A stretch of DNA of 64,000 bases from the NCBI GenBank assembly GCA_963749535.1, contig CAVVNF010000012.1, positions 24,754 through 88,753 on the forward strand. Reading direction: 5' to 3'. The stretch comes from an uncultured Thermoleophilia bacterium (GTDB taxonomy: Bacteria > Actinomycetota > Thermoleophilia > RBG-16-64-13). How positions within the stretch are numbered: the first letter of the stretch is position 1; each line of letters begins with the position of its first letter. Positions 21,420-30,850 of the stretch are shown here, piece after piece. Below the pieces are notes generated by a model. The model was not told the origin of the DNA and made no database searches. It saw nothing but the letters and a program-made list of their open reading frames with translations. The position numbers and the translations under genes are program-made.

Positions 21420-22519
21420 TCGTTCAGGCGTATGGGCATGACCAGATAGAGGAAATCGTCCCCGGCGCCTTTCACCAACCCCGGCCGCAATGGGCTGATG
21501 AGACGCAGATAGACCGGTGACTCTTTCACCGCCGCCACACCAGCCTCCAAGAATTCCGGATTGAATCCGATCTCGAGGTCCTCGCCCTCATAATGGATCG
21601 GCAACACTTCCCGGGCCCTGCCCACATCCTGTGATTCAGCGGATACGGTGAGGGTGTGATTCGAGAACTGGAGACGGAGCGGCGCGTTCTTCTGAGCCAG
21701 CAGACCGACACGCCGTATCGCTTCCAGCATCTCCTCCCGGTCGACCGCGACCTCGTAGTCGAACGTCTCAGGGATCAATTGCTTGTAGTTAGGGAACTGA
21801 CCGTCGATCAAGCGCGAGATAATCGATATACCGCCCAGCTCGAACAAGACCTGGTTCTCCGTGGGCATGATCTTGATGCGCTCGTCCGAGACGGTCGCCG
21901 CCACTCGGGACAACTCAGTGAGGGTCCGCGCAGGGATGATCACCTGCAGTTTCTCCGCTACCGAGGATTCTACAGGCGTCTCTTTTACGCTCAGCCGATA
22001 GCTGTCGGTGGCCACCATCCTTACCGAGTTCTTTGAGAACTGGATCTGCACTCCAGTGAGGACCGGGCGAGTCTCGTCGCGTGACGCAGAAGGAGCGACC
22101 CGGTCGACGGTCTCGATGAACGCCGCCTTCTCCACCGTAAAACCCCCCTCGGGAAAGACCGGGAATTGCGGGAAATCCACCGCAGGCAACGAGTGCAGGA
22201 AAAACAGCGACTCGCCCGCTCGGATCTCCACTTGGGTCTCTCCCGGTTTCTGCTCTATCACTACGTCGCCTATGGGCAGCTGACGAGCGATGTCTGTGAC
22301 TATCCGCGCCGGCAGCACCAGGGCGCCTGGTTGCTCTACGCGTGCAGTGAGCGGCGCTTTTATCGAGATCTCCATATCCGTCGAGCAAACGACTACTTTC
22401 TCTTGGCCGGCATCCACCAAGACCCCGGACAGAACTTGGATTGAACTGCGAGACGACACCGCCTTATTGGCAACAGCGAGACATTCAACAAGAGAGGGTT
22501 TGTTCGTGATGAGCTTCAT
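21416..22519 (-). CDS. dnaN: DNA polymerase III beta sliding clamp
   Basis: 367 aa with the three-domain DnaN pattern (MKLITNKPSLVECLAVANKAVSSRSSIQVLSGVL...). ATG preceded by GAGGAG. Confidence 0.93.
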   Translation of the reverse strand: MKLITNKPSLVECLAVANKAVSSRSSIQVLSGVLVDAGQEKVVVCSTDMEISIKAPLTARVEQPGALVLPARIVTDIARQLPIGDVVIEQKPGETQVEIRAGESLFFLHSLPAVDFPQFPVFPEGGFTVEKAAFIETVDRVAPSASRDETRPVLTGVQIQFSKNSVRMVATDSYRLSVKETPVESSVAEKLQVIIPARTLTELSRVAATVSDERIKIMPTENQVLFELGGISIISRLIDGQFPNYKQLIPETFDYEVAVDREEMLEAIRRVGLLAQKNAPLRLQFSNHTLTVSAESQDVGRAREVLPIHYEGEDLEIGFNPEFLEAGVAAVKESPVYLRLISPLRPGLVKGAGDDFLYLVMPIRLNE

Positions 22520-22842
22520 CGGGGCTCCTCGCTGCCGTTACGGTTGCCGGTTGTTGCGCTATTACTATTAGATTGTTTAGAGAGAAATATAGCGGGTGTA
22601 ATAAGCACTGTGGAAGACGTTGATAAACCCCTTGTATGGCATCGAGCCACGGTCGGGCAGGCACGGAAACTCAGTGGGCCATGTGGAGCCGACGGTGGAT
22701 AACCTTCGCCATCGAAGTTCTGGTGGTGCCGTACTCACACGACCATCCCGGATTTCCACTGCGACTCCCTGGGTTGTGCGCATGGTAGGTGTGGATAACA
22801 AGTCGCCACACGTGAATCCAGGTGACGCCTCGCCGAAAACCT
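22520..22842. promoter_or_regulatory. dnaA-dnaN intergenic region: candidate oriC half with DnaA boxes and an AT-rich unwinding element
   Basis: Perfect DnaA box TGTGGATAA at 22790-22798. 8/9 box GGTGGATAA at 22694-22702. 7/9 boxes at 22609-22617 and 22618-22626. A markedly AT-rich stretch lies at 22559-22606 (CTATTACTATTAGATTGTTTAGAGAGAAATATAG...). Confidence 0.65.
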
Positions 22843-24352
22843 CTACCGCGCACTCTTGATCTTCGTGGTGAGGCGCTGCACCAGGCCGTACATCTCCCTG
22901 TCTTCCCGCATCAACTTCGTTATCTTGTCCACTGCGTGCAAAACGGTGGTGTGATCACGGCCGCCTATGCGGTCGCCTATCTTCGGCAGGCTCGCGTCGG
23001 TAAGCTCGCGGGCAAGATACATCGCGAGGTGGCGCGCTTCGACCACCGGCCGCGAGCGCTTGTCCCCAGTCACCTCGGTGACAGATACCCCAGTGACCTC
23101 CGCGACGGTGGATAGGATAAGTTCGATCGTAATCCGAATGGAAGCTGTCTCAGGGATGTCTTTCAGTACTTCTCGAGCCAACTCGACGTCGATCGGCCGG
23201 TCGCTGAACGAAGAGAACGCAACGACCCTTGTAAGACAACCCTCCAACTCGCGGATGTTCGTGGGCACACGCGAGGCTATCAACGTCAGTACATCATCGT
23301 CGGCCAGCCGGATGTTCTCGAGGCGGACCCTCTTGCGCAGGATGGCGATCCTGGTTTCGAGATCGGGCGGTTGGATGTCGGTAATGAGCCCCCACTCAAA
23401 GCGGGAGACGAGTCGGTCTTCCAGGGTGCGCAGGCCCTTCGGGTGGCGATCCGACGTGATGACGATCTGCTTGCCCGAGTCGTAAAGCGTGTTGAACGTG
23501 TGGAAGAACTCTTCCTGTGTCTGCTCCTTCTTCTCGAGGAACTGAATGTCGTCGATCAGAAGCACGTCGTTCGTCCGATACCGGTTCTTGAACCCTTCGA
23601 TGCTGTCGTCGCGGAGCGAATTGATGAAGTCGTTCGTGAACATCTCGATCGTCACGTAACGGACCTTCAGCCCGGGGACGTTCTTGAGAACGTACTGGCC
23701 GATCGCTTGAAGCAAGTGGGTCTTGCCCAAGCCGACGCCTCCGTAGATGAAGAGCGGGTTGTAGGCGCTGCCGGGGCTTTCCGCGGCAGCCAAAGCTGCG
23801 GCGTGTGCGAAGCGGTTCGACGGACCGATCACGAACGTGTCGAACGTGTAGCGGTCGTTCAGACCCACCGCCGAGACCGGTGACGCGAGCGATGACGCGG
23901 ATGCCGCCTGGCTGCGGACCGGGGCCGTGGGCGAAGGCTGGGCTGCGGCCCTTCCGGCGTGGCGCCCGGGACCGCGTTGGCTCTGTTGGTCCGAGGCGGC
24001 TTGGTCCGCTGCCGCCGCCGCCGCCGGTCGTAGGCGGCGGCGTTTCCTCCTGGCTCAAAGACTGAGAGAGCTCAGGCGAGACGACGATGCGACAGCGCAC
24101 GGCGTCCCCTAGCACCTGGGATACCGCGTCGGCGATGAGCGCTTGGAAGCGGGCGTCGATCCAGTCTTTGGCGAAGTCCGAGGGCACACCCACGGTGTAT
24201 GTATCGTCCAGCAAGCCGAGCCCGACCGTGGCGTCGAACCAGATGCGATATGTCCCCTCGTTCACCTGCTGGGAAATCAGCTTGAGCGCCTCTTCCCAGA
24301 TAGGATCATTGACGGCCTTGTCCACGAACCCCTCCCGACCATTCAACAGCAA
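22843..24352 (-). CDS. dnaA: Chromosomal replication initiator DnaA, apparent frameshift in the domain II linker (23870-24060)
   Basis: Domain I lies in ORF 23396..24352 ([24 protein letters not shown]...). The AAA+ and DNA-binding domains lie in ORF 22843..23868 ([44 protein letters not shown], ...[11 protein letters not shown]). The switch falls in the low-complexity linker that contains a (GGC)5 run. The true start may be GTG 24323-24325, after GGGAGGGG. Confidence 0.93.
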
Positions 24353-24440
24353 AGAAACACCGGCACAGGACGGAGCGCAACAATCGCGTTGCGCGGTTTT
24401 ATCCCGCGAGCCGCCCTCCCCCAGGGCTGCACCCCGACAG

Positions 24441-25733
24441 CTAGAGTACCGCGTCCAGATACGCTAGGCCCGCGTCGGTCACCGTCCGGTGGCCGCTCGC
24501 CCTGGAAGCGACGAACCCTTCCCCTTCCAAGGCAACGAGGTCGCGATACGCCGTCGACGTAGAGACCCCGAGTTCCTCAGCGATGCGGGTCGGGCCCACG
24601 GGAGCGAGCTCCACCGTCAGCAGCAAGGTCTTAAGCTGGCGCTCGGGAAGATTATAAGTCGCCACCGGCGTGGACGCGAGAACCTTCTCGGGCAGCGGCG
24701 GCACGTGGATGGTGACAACGGTGCCTCGGCCGAGGTTATTCTCGATCCTCAGCGTGCCGTCCATGTCTTCGAGCGCATCACGAACTAGCGAGAATCCTGA
24801 GCCGACTCCCCGGATATACAACTTGGCCTCCGCATCCGCGGAAGTGAACCCGGGTTGAAGCGCGGCGTCCTTGTCGGGGATCCCAGGCCCACGATCCGAG
24901 ACACGGATGGTGTTTCCTCGATCGAGGATGGTCACCACGACTCCCTGGAAAGAGGCGTGAACGAGGTTGTCGATGAGCTCTCGCAATACCGGGTAGGGCA
25001 GTCTGCCGCCCTGCTCTTTCGCAAGGTCGTGAACTCGCGTGGTCACTGCCTCGACCAGCTCGGGAAGACGCGTCTCCGCAATGGACACCACTAACGGAGG
25101 GCGATGCGTGTCCTCGTAGACTGCGATGCGCGGAGGCTCCCATTCCAGATGGGAGAGCTCTGGGTGGGCGGCGTAGTCACGGATATCGCCAAACTGGTCA
25201 CCTTGATGCTGGCCACCTTCATGCCCGACGGAACTCGTGGGCGCCAGCGTTTCGCCTGTCGACGCGGTGCGCTTGAAGCGGCCAGCGTCCGAGTCGTAGC
25301 GCTCCGCGGAGTCGGGACCGATCTCTCCTGGTCTCCGGCCAGGATGAAGCCCCTCTCCCCCTGCCGCGGTAGCGGTCGCCACCCGCGATTTGGCAGCACG
25401 GGCACGGGGGGCGCTCGGCTCGGCTGTACCCGCTTCGCCCGCGACCGCGTCGGCTCCGCCCACGACCGGCTGTCCTTCGGTGTCATCCTCCGTGCGGCCG
25501 TGAGCCCGGCCGGCTTTGGACCCGATGGGTTTGCGTGCTCCACGAGAGGCCGTCAAGGACACCGCGGACGCGGAAACCTCAGAGGAGCCTAGGGCAAGGG
25601 TATCTTCAGCGCTCATTCGTGCATCCAGCCCCCTGGGCGTGCGGTCGCAGATGTCTCGTGCCGAAAGCGCCTCGTCATTGTACTGTCGCCGTGGCACATT
25701 TTCCACAGGCTCATGTGGCATTGAACGCCGCAA
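24441..25733 (-). CDS. GHKL (HATPase_c-like) ATPase domain protein with C-terminal winged-HTH and a long disordered N-terminus
   Basis: 430 aa. ELIDNLVHA (N-box-like), VSDRGPGIP (G1-like), IRGVGSGFSLVRD (G2-like), GRGTVVTIHVP, then PTRIAEELGVSTSTAYRDLVALEGEGFV (wHTH). I saw no His phosphoacceptor (DHp) region. The first ~200 aa are Ala/Gly/Ser/Arg-rich. Confidence 0.6.
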   Translation of the reverse strand: MRRSMPHEPVENVPRRQYNDEALSARDICDRTPRGLDARMSAEDTLALGSSEVSASAVSLTASRGARKPIGSKAGRAHGRTEDDTEGQPVVGGADAVAGEAGTAEPSAPRARAAKSRVATATAAGGEGLHPGRRPGEIGPDSAERYDSDAGRFKRTASTGETLAPTSSVGHEGGQHQGDQFGDIRDYAAHPELSHLEWEPPRIAVYEDTHRPPLVVSIAETRLPELVEAVTTRVHDLAKEQGGRLPYPVLRELIDNLVHASFQGVVVTILDRGNTIRVSDRGPGIPDKDAALQPGFTSADAEAKLYIRGVGSGFSLVRDALEDMDGTLRIENNLGRGTVVTIHVPPLPEKVLASTPVATYNLPERQLKTLLLTVELAPVGPTRIAEELGVSTSTAYRDLVALEGEGFVASRASGHRTVTDAGLAYLDAVL

Positions 25734-26563
25734 ATGGGGTTTATTCGGTTTAGAAAGCCGACGTCACGCTGGTCCATGTCAGACAGAAAGATGGCTATTT
25801 TGCAGGGTAAAACACTGGTTATCAACAGGACACTCCACAGGTGTGGAAAACGTGGAGAATTCCGGAACACTAACCCCGCATACACCACGTTTTCTGGGGA
25901 TAGTGGGGAAAGACGGTTTCGCAGAAGGGCCTGAGCAGCACTCTCCGTCTTGCCGGATCTAGGGGTCCGGTGGCTCCAAAAGATGGTCAAAGAGGTCGAA
26001 AGGGGGTCCGTTGGGTGGTCTGGCATGCGCGACCCGCCACCGGACGCCGCGAGGCGCCTGGCGAGCCCAGCGCATGGCCTCTTGTTGTCGGGCGACTGCC
26101 CCAGTCGGGCGCCGGCGGTGCGCTCAGAGCGTCCTCTCGAAGACGCCAATCCACAGAATGATCATGGATCGGCCATCAATCCCCCGGGGCTCCTGCCGTG
26201 TTATCCACATTATCCACAGCTAGCCTGTGTACGCCTACGGCAGCGCTCCCTTTGCTTCCCGCGGTTATCAGACTAAGGGGGCGCATGGGCTTGGCCGCCG
26301 CTGAAAGTGATCTTTTCGCCTACAACCGATTCGGCTCCTCCTCGGGCAAGCTCTAGGCTGATCGGCTTTCCCTCCTCCGGCGCACGCATATCTGGCGCGG
26401 TCGACGCACCCATGAGGGTCTAGGCGCCTCGAGCCTAGCGGTGGAAGGGTGCTCCCGCGAACGGAATCCGCAGAAAGGACGCACCACGGGTGATTGACGG
26501 CGGGGGAGCCGACTTGTATACTTCGCCACCCTCTTATGTGACCGTTCCGGGGTATCTGACCAG
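25734..26563. promoter_or_regulatory. Candidate oriC half / dnaA-operon control region with a DnaA-box cluster
   Basis: Two abutting perfect boxes TTATCCACA at 26201-26209 and 26210-26218. 8/9 boxes at 25819-25827 (TTATCAACA) and 25842-25850 (TGTGGAAAA), plus 25699-25707 (TTTTCCACA), which lies just inside this region's lower boundary in the 5' end of the GHKL CDS. 7/9 box at 26147-26155. The region around 25735-25870 is relatively AT-rich. Confidence 0.65.
26494..26522 (+). promoter_or_regulatory. Candidate sigma-70-type promoter of the rpmH operon
   Basis: TTGACG (26494-26499), 17-nt spacer, TATACT (26517-26522), about 90 nt upstream of the rpmH start. Confidence 0.5.
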
Positions 26564-26614
26564 GTGCGGCGGCCGGCTAGGGCTGTCGAGACGCTGAGCG
26601 ATAAGCGAGGAAAT

Positions 26615-26749
26615 GTGAAAAGGACGTATCAGCCCAATAAGCGCAAGCGCAAGAAGACCCATGGGTTTCGCGTGCGCATGAGTACGAAAGCCGGTCGAGC
26701 GGTCCTCAAGCGGAGGCGCGACAAAGGCCGCAAACGCCTGTCGGCCTAG
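26615..26749 (+). CDS. rpmH: 50S ribosomal protein L34
   Basis: [47 protein letters not shown] start at 26615 after GAGGAAA. The track ORF start at 26564 is probably too far upstream. Confidence 0.93.
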   Translation: MKRTYQPNKRKRKKTHGFRVRMSTKAGRAVLKRRRDKGRKRLSA

Positions 26750-26755
26750 CATGGC

Positions 26756-27157
26756 GTGACTCGGTCTCACGGCCGACTTTCTCGTTCCGAAGACTTCGCC
26801 CGTGTCTATCGCTCGGGCCGGTCTGTTGCCAATAGGTATCTGGTTCTATACTATTTCGAGCGCTCTGGAGCCGCGAGCACAGGCGACAATGCGCAGTCTC
26901 CGCGGATCGGGTTTTCAGTCTCAAAGCGCCTCGGCTCGGCGGTCGACAGAAACCGTATCAAGCGCGTCCTGCGCGAGGCGTACCGTTTGAACGGCCAGTC
27001 CTTCAGGGGGAATATGGACTTCGTATTGATCGCGCGTGAGCCCTTAGCTGATCTGTTGTCGACGGAGGGGTATTCGGGCGTTGAGGCGAAGATGATCGAG
27101 GTTTTTCGAAAAGCCTCTCTTCTGGCGGTATCGCAAGAGCCACGGGCCAAGTCGTGA
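26756..27157 (+). CDS. rnpA: Ribonuclease P protein component
   Basis: RLSRSEDFARVYRSGRSVANRYLVLYY...RIGFSVSKRLGSAVDRNRIKRVLREAYR. Located directly after rpmH. Confidence 0.9.
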   Translation: MTRSHGRLSRSEDFARVYRSGRSVANRYLVLYYFERSGAASTGDNAQSPRIGFSVSKRLGSAVDRNRIKRVLREAYRLNGQSFRGNMDFVLIAREPLADLLSTEGYSGVEAKMIEVFRKASLLAVSQEPRAKS

Positions 27158-27579
27158 ACAGGAAGTCTCACCCAATGCGGGTCGTGTTGATCTGGGCTGT
27201 CCGCTCTTATCAAACGCTGATATCCCCAGCTCTTCCTCGTTCCTGCAAGTATCATCCTTCATGTTCCCAGTATGCGATCGACGCGGTCACGCAGTACGGG
27301 GCCATGCGCGGGTTCGTACTGGCGGTGTGGCGGCTGATGCGATGCAATCCCTTGAGTTACGGCGGCTATGACCCGGTCGAGAGGCAGAGGGTGTTCAAGC
27401 CGCGCCCGGCGTCGGTCAAGAGCGAAGAGGGTGTCGGAGTAGAGTTTACCTGCAATGACGCATCACTTCATGTAATGAATCATGGAAAGGACTCGTGTCA
27501 GCGAGACGAACCTCTCGCGTCTCATGGGGCGACGAGTCGGAACAGGCTTGTTGTTCGGAGTCGAGTGATGAGCCAATGA
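27154..27579 (+). CDS. yidD: Membrane protein insertion efficiency factor YidD, with a ~60-aa C-terminal extension
   Basis: VRSYQTLISPALPRSCKYHPSCSQYAIDAVTQYGAMRGFVLAVWRLMRCNPLSYGGYDPV. The GTGA overlap with the rnpA stop supports this start (ATG 27175 is an alternative). Its stop TGA overlaps the yidC ATG (ATGA at 27576-27579). Confidence 0.85.
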   Translation: MNRKSHPMRVVLIWAVRSYQTLISPALPRSCKYHPSCSQYAIDAVTQYGAMRGFVLAVWRLMRCNPLSYGGYDPVERQRVFKPRPASVKSEEGVGVEFTCNDASLHVMNHGKDSCQRDEPLASHGATSRNRLVVRSRVMSQ

Positions 27580-28499
27580 GCGCGATAGCGAACCTTCTTT
27601 CGCCGCTGAGCAACTTCTTCTTCTCGATTCTCAAGGTCCTGCACGGCGGGCATCTACAAGCCGGCAGTACAAGCGTCTGGGTTGGTGGCAGGATTTCGTG
27701 GGCTTGGTCGATCGTGCTGCTCACCGTGATTGTCCGGGTCGTGCTCATTCCTCTCACGTGGCGCCAGATCAAGAGCATGCGCGCCATGCAGGCACTACAG
27801 CCACAGATCAAGGAACTGCAGGAGAAATACAAGAGCGACCGGCAGCTTCTTCAGCAGAAGACAATGGAGTTCTACTCGGAGAACAAGGTCAGTCCCTTCG
27901 GGTCTTGCCTGCCTCTGATCCTCCAGTTGCCGGTATTCTTCGGTCTTTACTACATGCTACGAGGGCAGTCCGGTGTGAGCACCGCCGGCGTGCATGGAGT
28001 GCTCATAGGTCAGGGGTGGCTTTGGATCCATGACATCACCAAGTTCAGCCTCCCGCTCATGTTCCTGTATGTTGCCAGCCAATTTGTAGCCTCATGGCAG
28101 ACTGCCCGCCATAGTCCGTCGCAGCAGAAGATGCTTGCCTATTTCATGCCGGTCATCGTCGGTATCTTCATGTTCATCGGCAAATGGCCGGCGGGTCTGT
28201 TCATCTACTGGTTCACATCCAACCTTTGGACCATAGCTCAGCAATTCGTTGCGGAGAAACTTATGCCGATGCCGGTCCCGGTTCAGACGGGGGGGTCGTC
28301 AACTCGTGGGGGTTCCGTCAAACCTCCCGCGAAAGCTCCTGCCCAGGTGACGCCTGGACGGTCCGGGGCGCGGCCGGCTGTAAAGAGTGGAGGCAAGCCA
28401 AGTGGCCAAAAAACGGGTACAGCAAGGAAGCAAACAGGTGGCCAGGGCCAACGGCCCAACCGTGGAACAGGCCGTGCAAAGGGCTCTCGCGGAACTTGA
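27576..28499 (+). CDS. yidC: YidC/Oxa1-family membrane protein insertase (short form)
   Basis: WAWSIVLLTVIVRVVLIPLTWRQIKSMRAMQALQPQIKELQEKYK...SPFGSCLPLILQLPVFFGLYYML...PAGLFIYWFTSNLWTIAQQ, followed by a basic C-terminal tail. Confidence 0.9.
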   Translation: MSAIANLLSPLSNFFFSILKVLHGGHLQAGSTSVWVGGRISWAWSIVLLTVIVRVVLIPLTWRQIKSMRAMQALQPQIKELQEKYKSDRQLLQQKTMEFYSENKVSPFGSCLPLILQLPVFFGLYYMLRGQSGVSTAGVHGVLIGQGWLWIHDITKFSLPLMFLYVASQFVASWQTARHSPSQQKMLAYFMPVIVGIFMFIGKWPAGLFIYWFTSNLWTIAQQFVAEKLMPMPVPVQTGGSSTRGGSVKPPAKAPAQVTPGRSGARPAVKSGGKPSGQKTGTARKQTGGQGQRPNRGTGRAKGSRGT

Positions 28500-29163
28500 T
28501 TTCGCGCCTGGTGAGTTAGCCGATGATCAGTACGAGGTAACCATCCTGGTGCCGCCCGAGGAAGGCTTCATGGGCGTTGGCGCGGTGGATGCCTTCGTCG
28601 AGGTGGCGCTCACCGACGAGGCGCTCGACTTCTTCGGGCCCGAGGTCGACCAACAGCCGGTGGATCTCTTTGAGGATGACGAAGAGGATGACGATTTCGT
28701 CGACCCTGATGAAGCGCCCGAAGCGCAGCGACTCCGGGTCTTTCTGAGACGTGTCCTGGACGAACTCGACCTAGAGGCTCAGATTCGCATCACTGAAAAA
28801 CCGGATGAGATCTACGCCGAAATCTCGGGAGAGGATCTGGGCATCTTCATCGGACGCAGGGGCCAGACCATCGACGCGGTCGAATACCTCGCCAGCATCG
28901 CCGTATTCCCCGAACCTCACGAGCGGAAGCATGTGGAAATCGACGCCGAAGGCTACAAGGAGCGTCGTCGTCGTCAGATCGAGCGAGTCGCCCTGCGCAA
29001 GGCCCAAGAGGCGGCGCGGCGCGGAAAGCCCGTTCAACTCACACCCATGACTCCAGCCGAACGAAAGATCGTTCATGTGACGCTGAAGAGCAGGTCGGAT
29101 GTCGTGACGGCCAGCCAAGGTCGCGAGCCCAATCGGTCGGTGGTGATTTCTCCCACGAGGTGA
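28438..29163 (+). CDS. jag: Jag/KhpB RNA-binding protein (Jag_N, KH and R3H domains)
   Basis: GPTVEQAVQRALAELD (Jag_N), an acidic linker, GIFIGRRGQTIDAVEYL (KH) and PMTPAERKIVHVTLK (R3H). The start is uncertain; GTG 28438 was chosen and the track ORF begins at 28387. Confidence 0.85.
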   Translation: MARANGPTVEQAVQRALAELDFAPGELADDQYEVTILVPPEEGFMGVGAVDAFVEVALTDEALDFFGPEVDQQPVDLFEDDEEDDDFVDPDEAPEAQRLRVFLRRVLDELDLEAQIRITEKPDEIYAEISGEDLGIFIGRRGQTIDAVEYLASIAVFPEPHERKHVEIDAEGYKERRRRQIERVALRKAQEAARRGKPVQLTPMTPAERKIVHVTLKSRSDVVTASQGREPNRSVVISPTR

Positions 29164-29392
29164 ACCCACGTCCCCGCGAGGCGGGTTTCGGCCCCGCGCA
29201 GTGAGCCTAGGGTGGTTTGCCGGCCGCGACGAAGTCACAGCCAAGCGGTGGCGGTAGCCGCGGGGCGGCCGCGGTGAGTCGCGCTTCGGTAGGTCATCCT
29301 GAGCGCGTCACGCCAGTCTTGGCCGTTTGTCTTGTTTTCTGGCATCATCTCTTCCCCTGACCCCAATGGCTGCGCGGCCTTGGCACAAGCGC

Positions 29393-30850
29393 ATGCCGCT
29401 TCAGCGAGCAATCAACTTGGCTGTTCAACGTAACAATGATCCAGAGCGTGATGGCGCGGACACCATAGTCGCGATGTCGACGGCACCAGGTCGCGGGGCT
29501 ATCGGTATCGTGAGGATGAGTGGTCCTGACGCACTGCGCATCGGCGAGTCAGCTTTCAGGCCGGCGCGAGGTTTTCCGGTGCGCCAGGCCGAAACGCACT
29601 GTCTCTTATATGGGCACGTTGTAAGCGCGGTCGATGGCGCGGTGATCGATGAAGCGCTTCTCGCAGTGATGCGCTCTCCGCGGACATATACGCGAGAGGA
29701 CATCGTCGAGATTCACTGCCACGGAGGCCTGGCTGCGCAGCGCGAGGTCCTTCGGGAGGTCATCAAACTGGGGGCGCGGCCCGCCGATCCCGGAGAGTTC
29801 ACCAGGCGCGCCTTCCTCAACGGCCGAATCGACCTGACACAAGCCGAAAGTGTGGCATCGATCGTCTCGGCCCGGAGTGCGGGCGCGCTCAGAGCGTCGG
29901 TGCGTCAGCTCGAAGGAGGGCTATCCAAGAAGCTTCGCGATCTGAGGAAGCGTCTGATCCGGGTCCTTGCCCAGGTCGAGGCAACGGTGGATTTCGCCGA
30001 CGAGGACATAGAGCCCGTCGATTGGCCGTCAGTGTCCCACGAGCTGAGCGAGGTCATTCGTGAGCTCCGTCTGCTGCTTGAAACTGCCTTCTTAGGTAGA
30101 GCTCTGGAGCACGGAGTCCGCACTGCGATCGTCGGCCGGCCGAACGTTGGCAAGAGCTCGCTTTTGAACGCGCTGCTGATGCGGGAGAGGGCCATCGTGT
30201 CCGAGATCCCCGGTACGACTCGTGACACCGTCGAGGAACTCGTGGAAATCGGGGGGATTCCTCTCCATCTTGTGGACACAGCTGGACTGAGAAATGGCGG
30301 GGACCGCGTCGAACAGATGGGCGTCGAGCGATCTCGCAAGGCAATGGAGGAAGCTGACCTTGTTCTCGCGGTGTTCGATCTTTCCAAACCTTGGACGCCA
30401 GTAGACTTGGAGCTCTTGTCGGAGCTCGATCCTGCCAGAACGATTGTCGTCGGAAATAAGCTGGATCTCGTCGATTTGCCGGTTTCGGACGCATTGGGCA
30501 GCCAACTGGAGGCGGCGACGAGCCGGGACGACTGGCTGCACTTCTCGGTCTCCGCAGTGGTGGGTACCGGGCTGGATGGTCTTCGCGCCCTGATACAACA
30601 GAATGTCACCGGAGAGGCGGGCGTGCACCTCGACGAGCCGATCCTTGCGAATGAGCGGCAGCGGGGGCTCGTAGAGGAGGCTTTAGTCAGCGCAGTTGCC
30701 GCCTTGGAAGGGTCGCAGAGCGCTGCGTACGAAGAACTGATCTGCGAAGACATTCGCGCTTCGGTCAATGCGCTCGGGCATGTGACGGGAGAAGACATTA
30801 CTCCAGACCTACTCGAAGAAATCTTCAGTCGGTTTTGCGTTGGGAAATGA
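29393..30850 (+). CDS. mnmE: tRNA modification GTPase MnmE
   Basis: DTIVAMSTAPGRGAIGIVRMSG, GTPase motifs GRPNVGKSSLLNAL, DTAGLR and GNKLDL, and the C-terminal FCVGK motif. The start is uncertain (29327, 29366 or 29393). Confidence 0.9.
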   Translation: MPLQRAINLAVQRNNDPERDGADTIVAMSTAPGRGAIGIVRMSGPDALRIGESAFRPARGFPVRQAETHCLLYGHVVSAVDGAVIDEALLAVMRSPRTYTREDIVEIHCHGGLAAQREVLREVIKLGARPADPGEFTRRAFLNGRIDLTQAESVASIVSARSAGALRASVRQLEGGLSKKLRDLRKRLIRVLAQVEATVDFADEDIEPVDWPSVSHELSEVIRELRLLLETAFLGRALEHGVRTAIVGRPNVGKSSLLNALLMRERAIVSEIPGTTRDTVEELVEIGGIPLHLVDTAGLRNGGDRVEQMGVERSRKAMEEADLVLAVFDLSKPWTPVDLELLSELDPARTIVVGNKLDLVDLPVSDALGSQLEAATSRDDWLHFSVSAVVGTGLDGLRALIQQNVTGEAGVHLDEPILANERQRGLVEEALVSAVAALEGSQSAAYEELICEDIRASVNALGHVTGEDITPDLLEEIFSRFCVGK

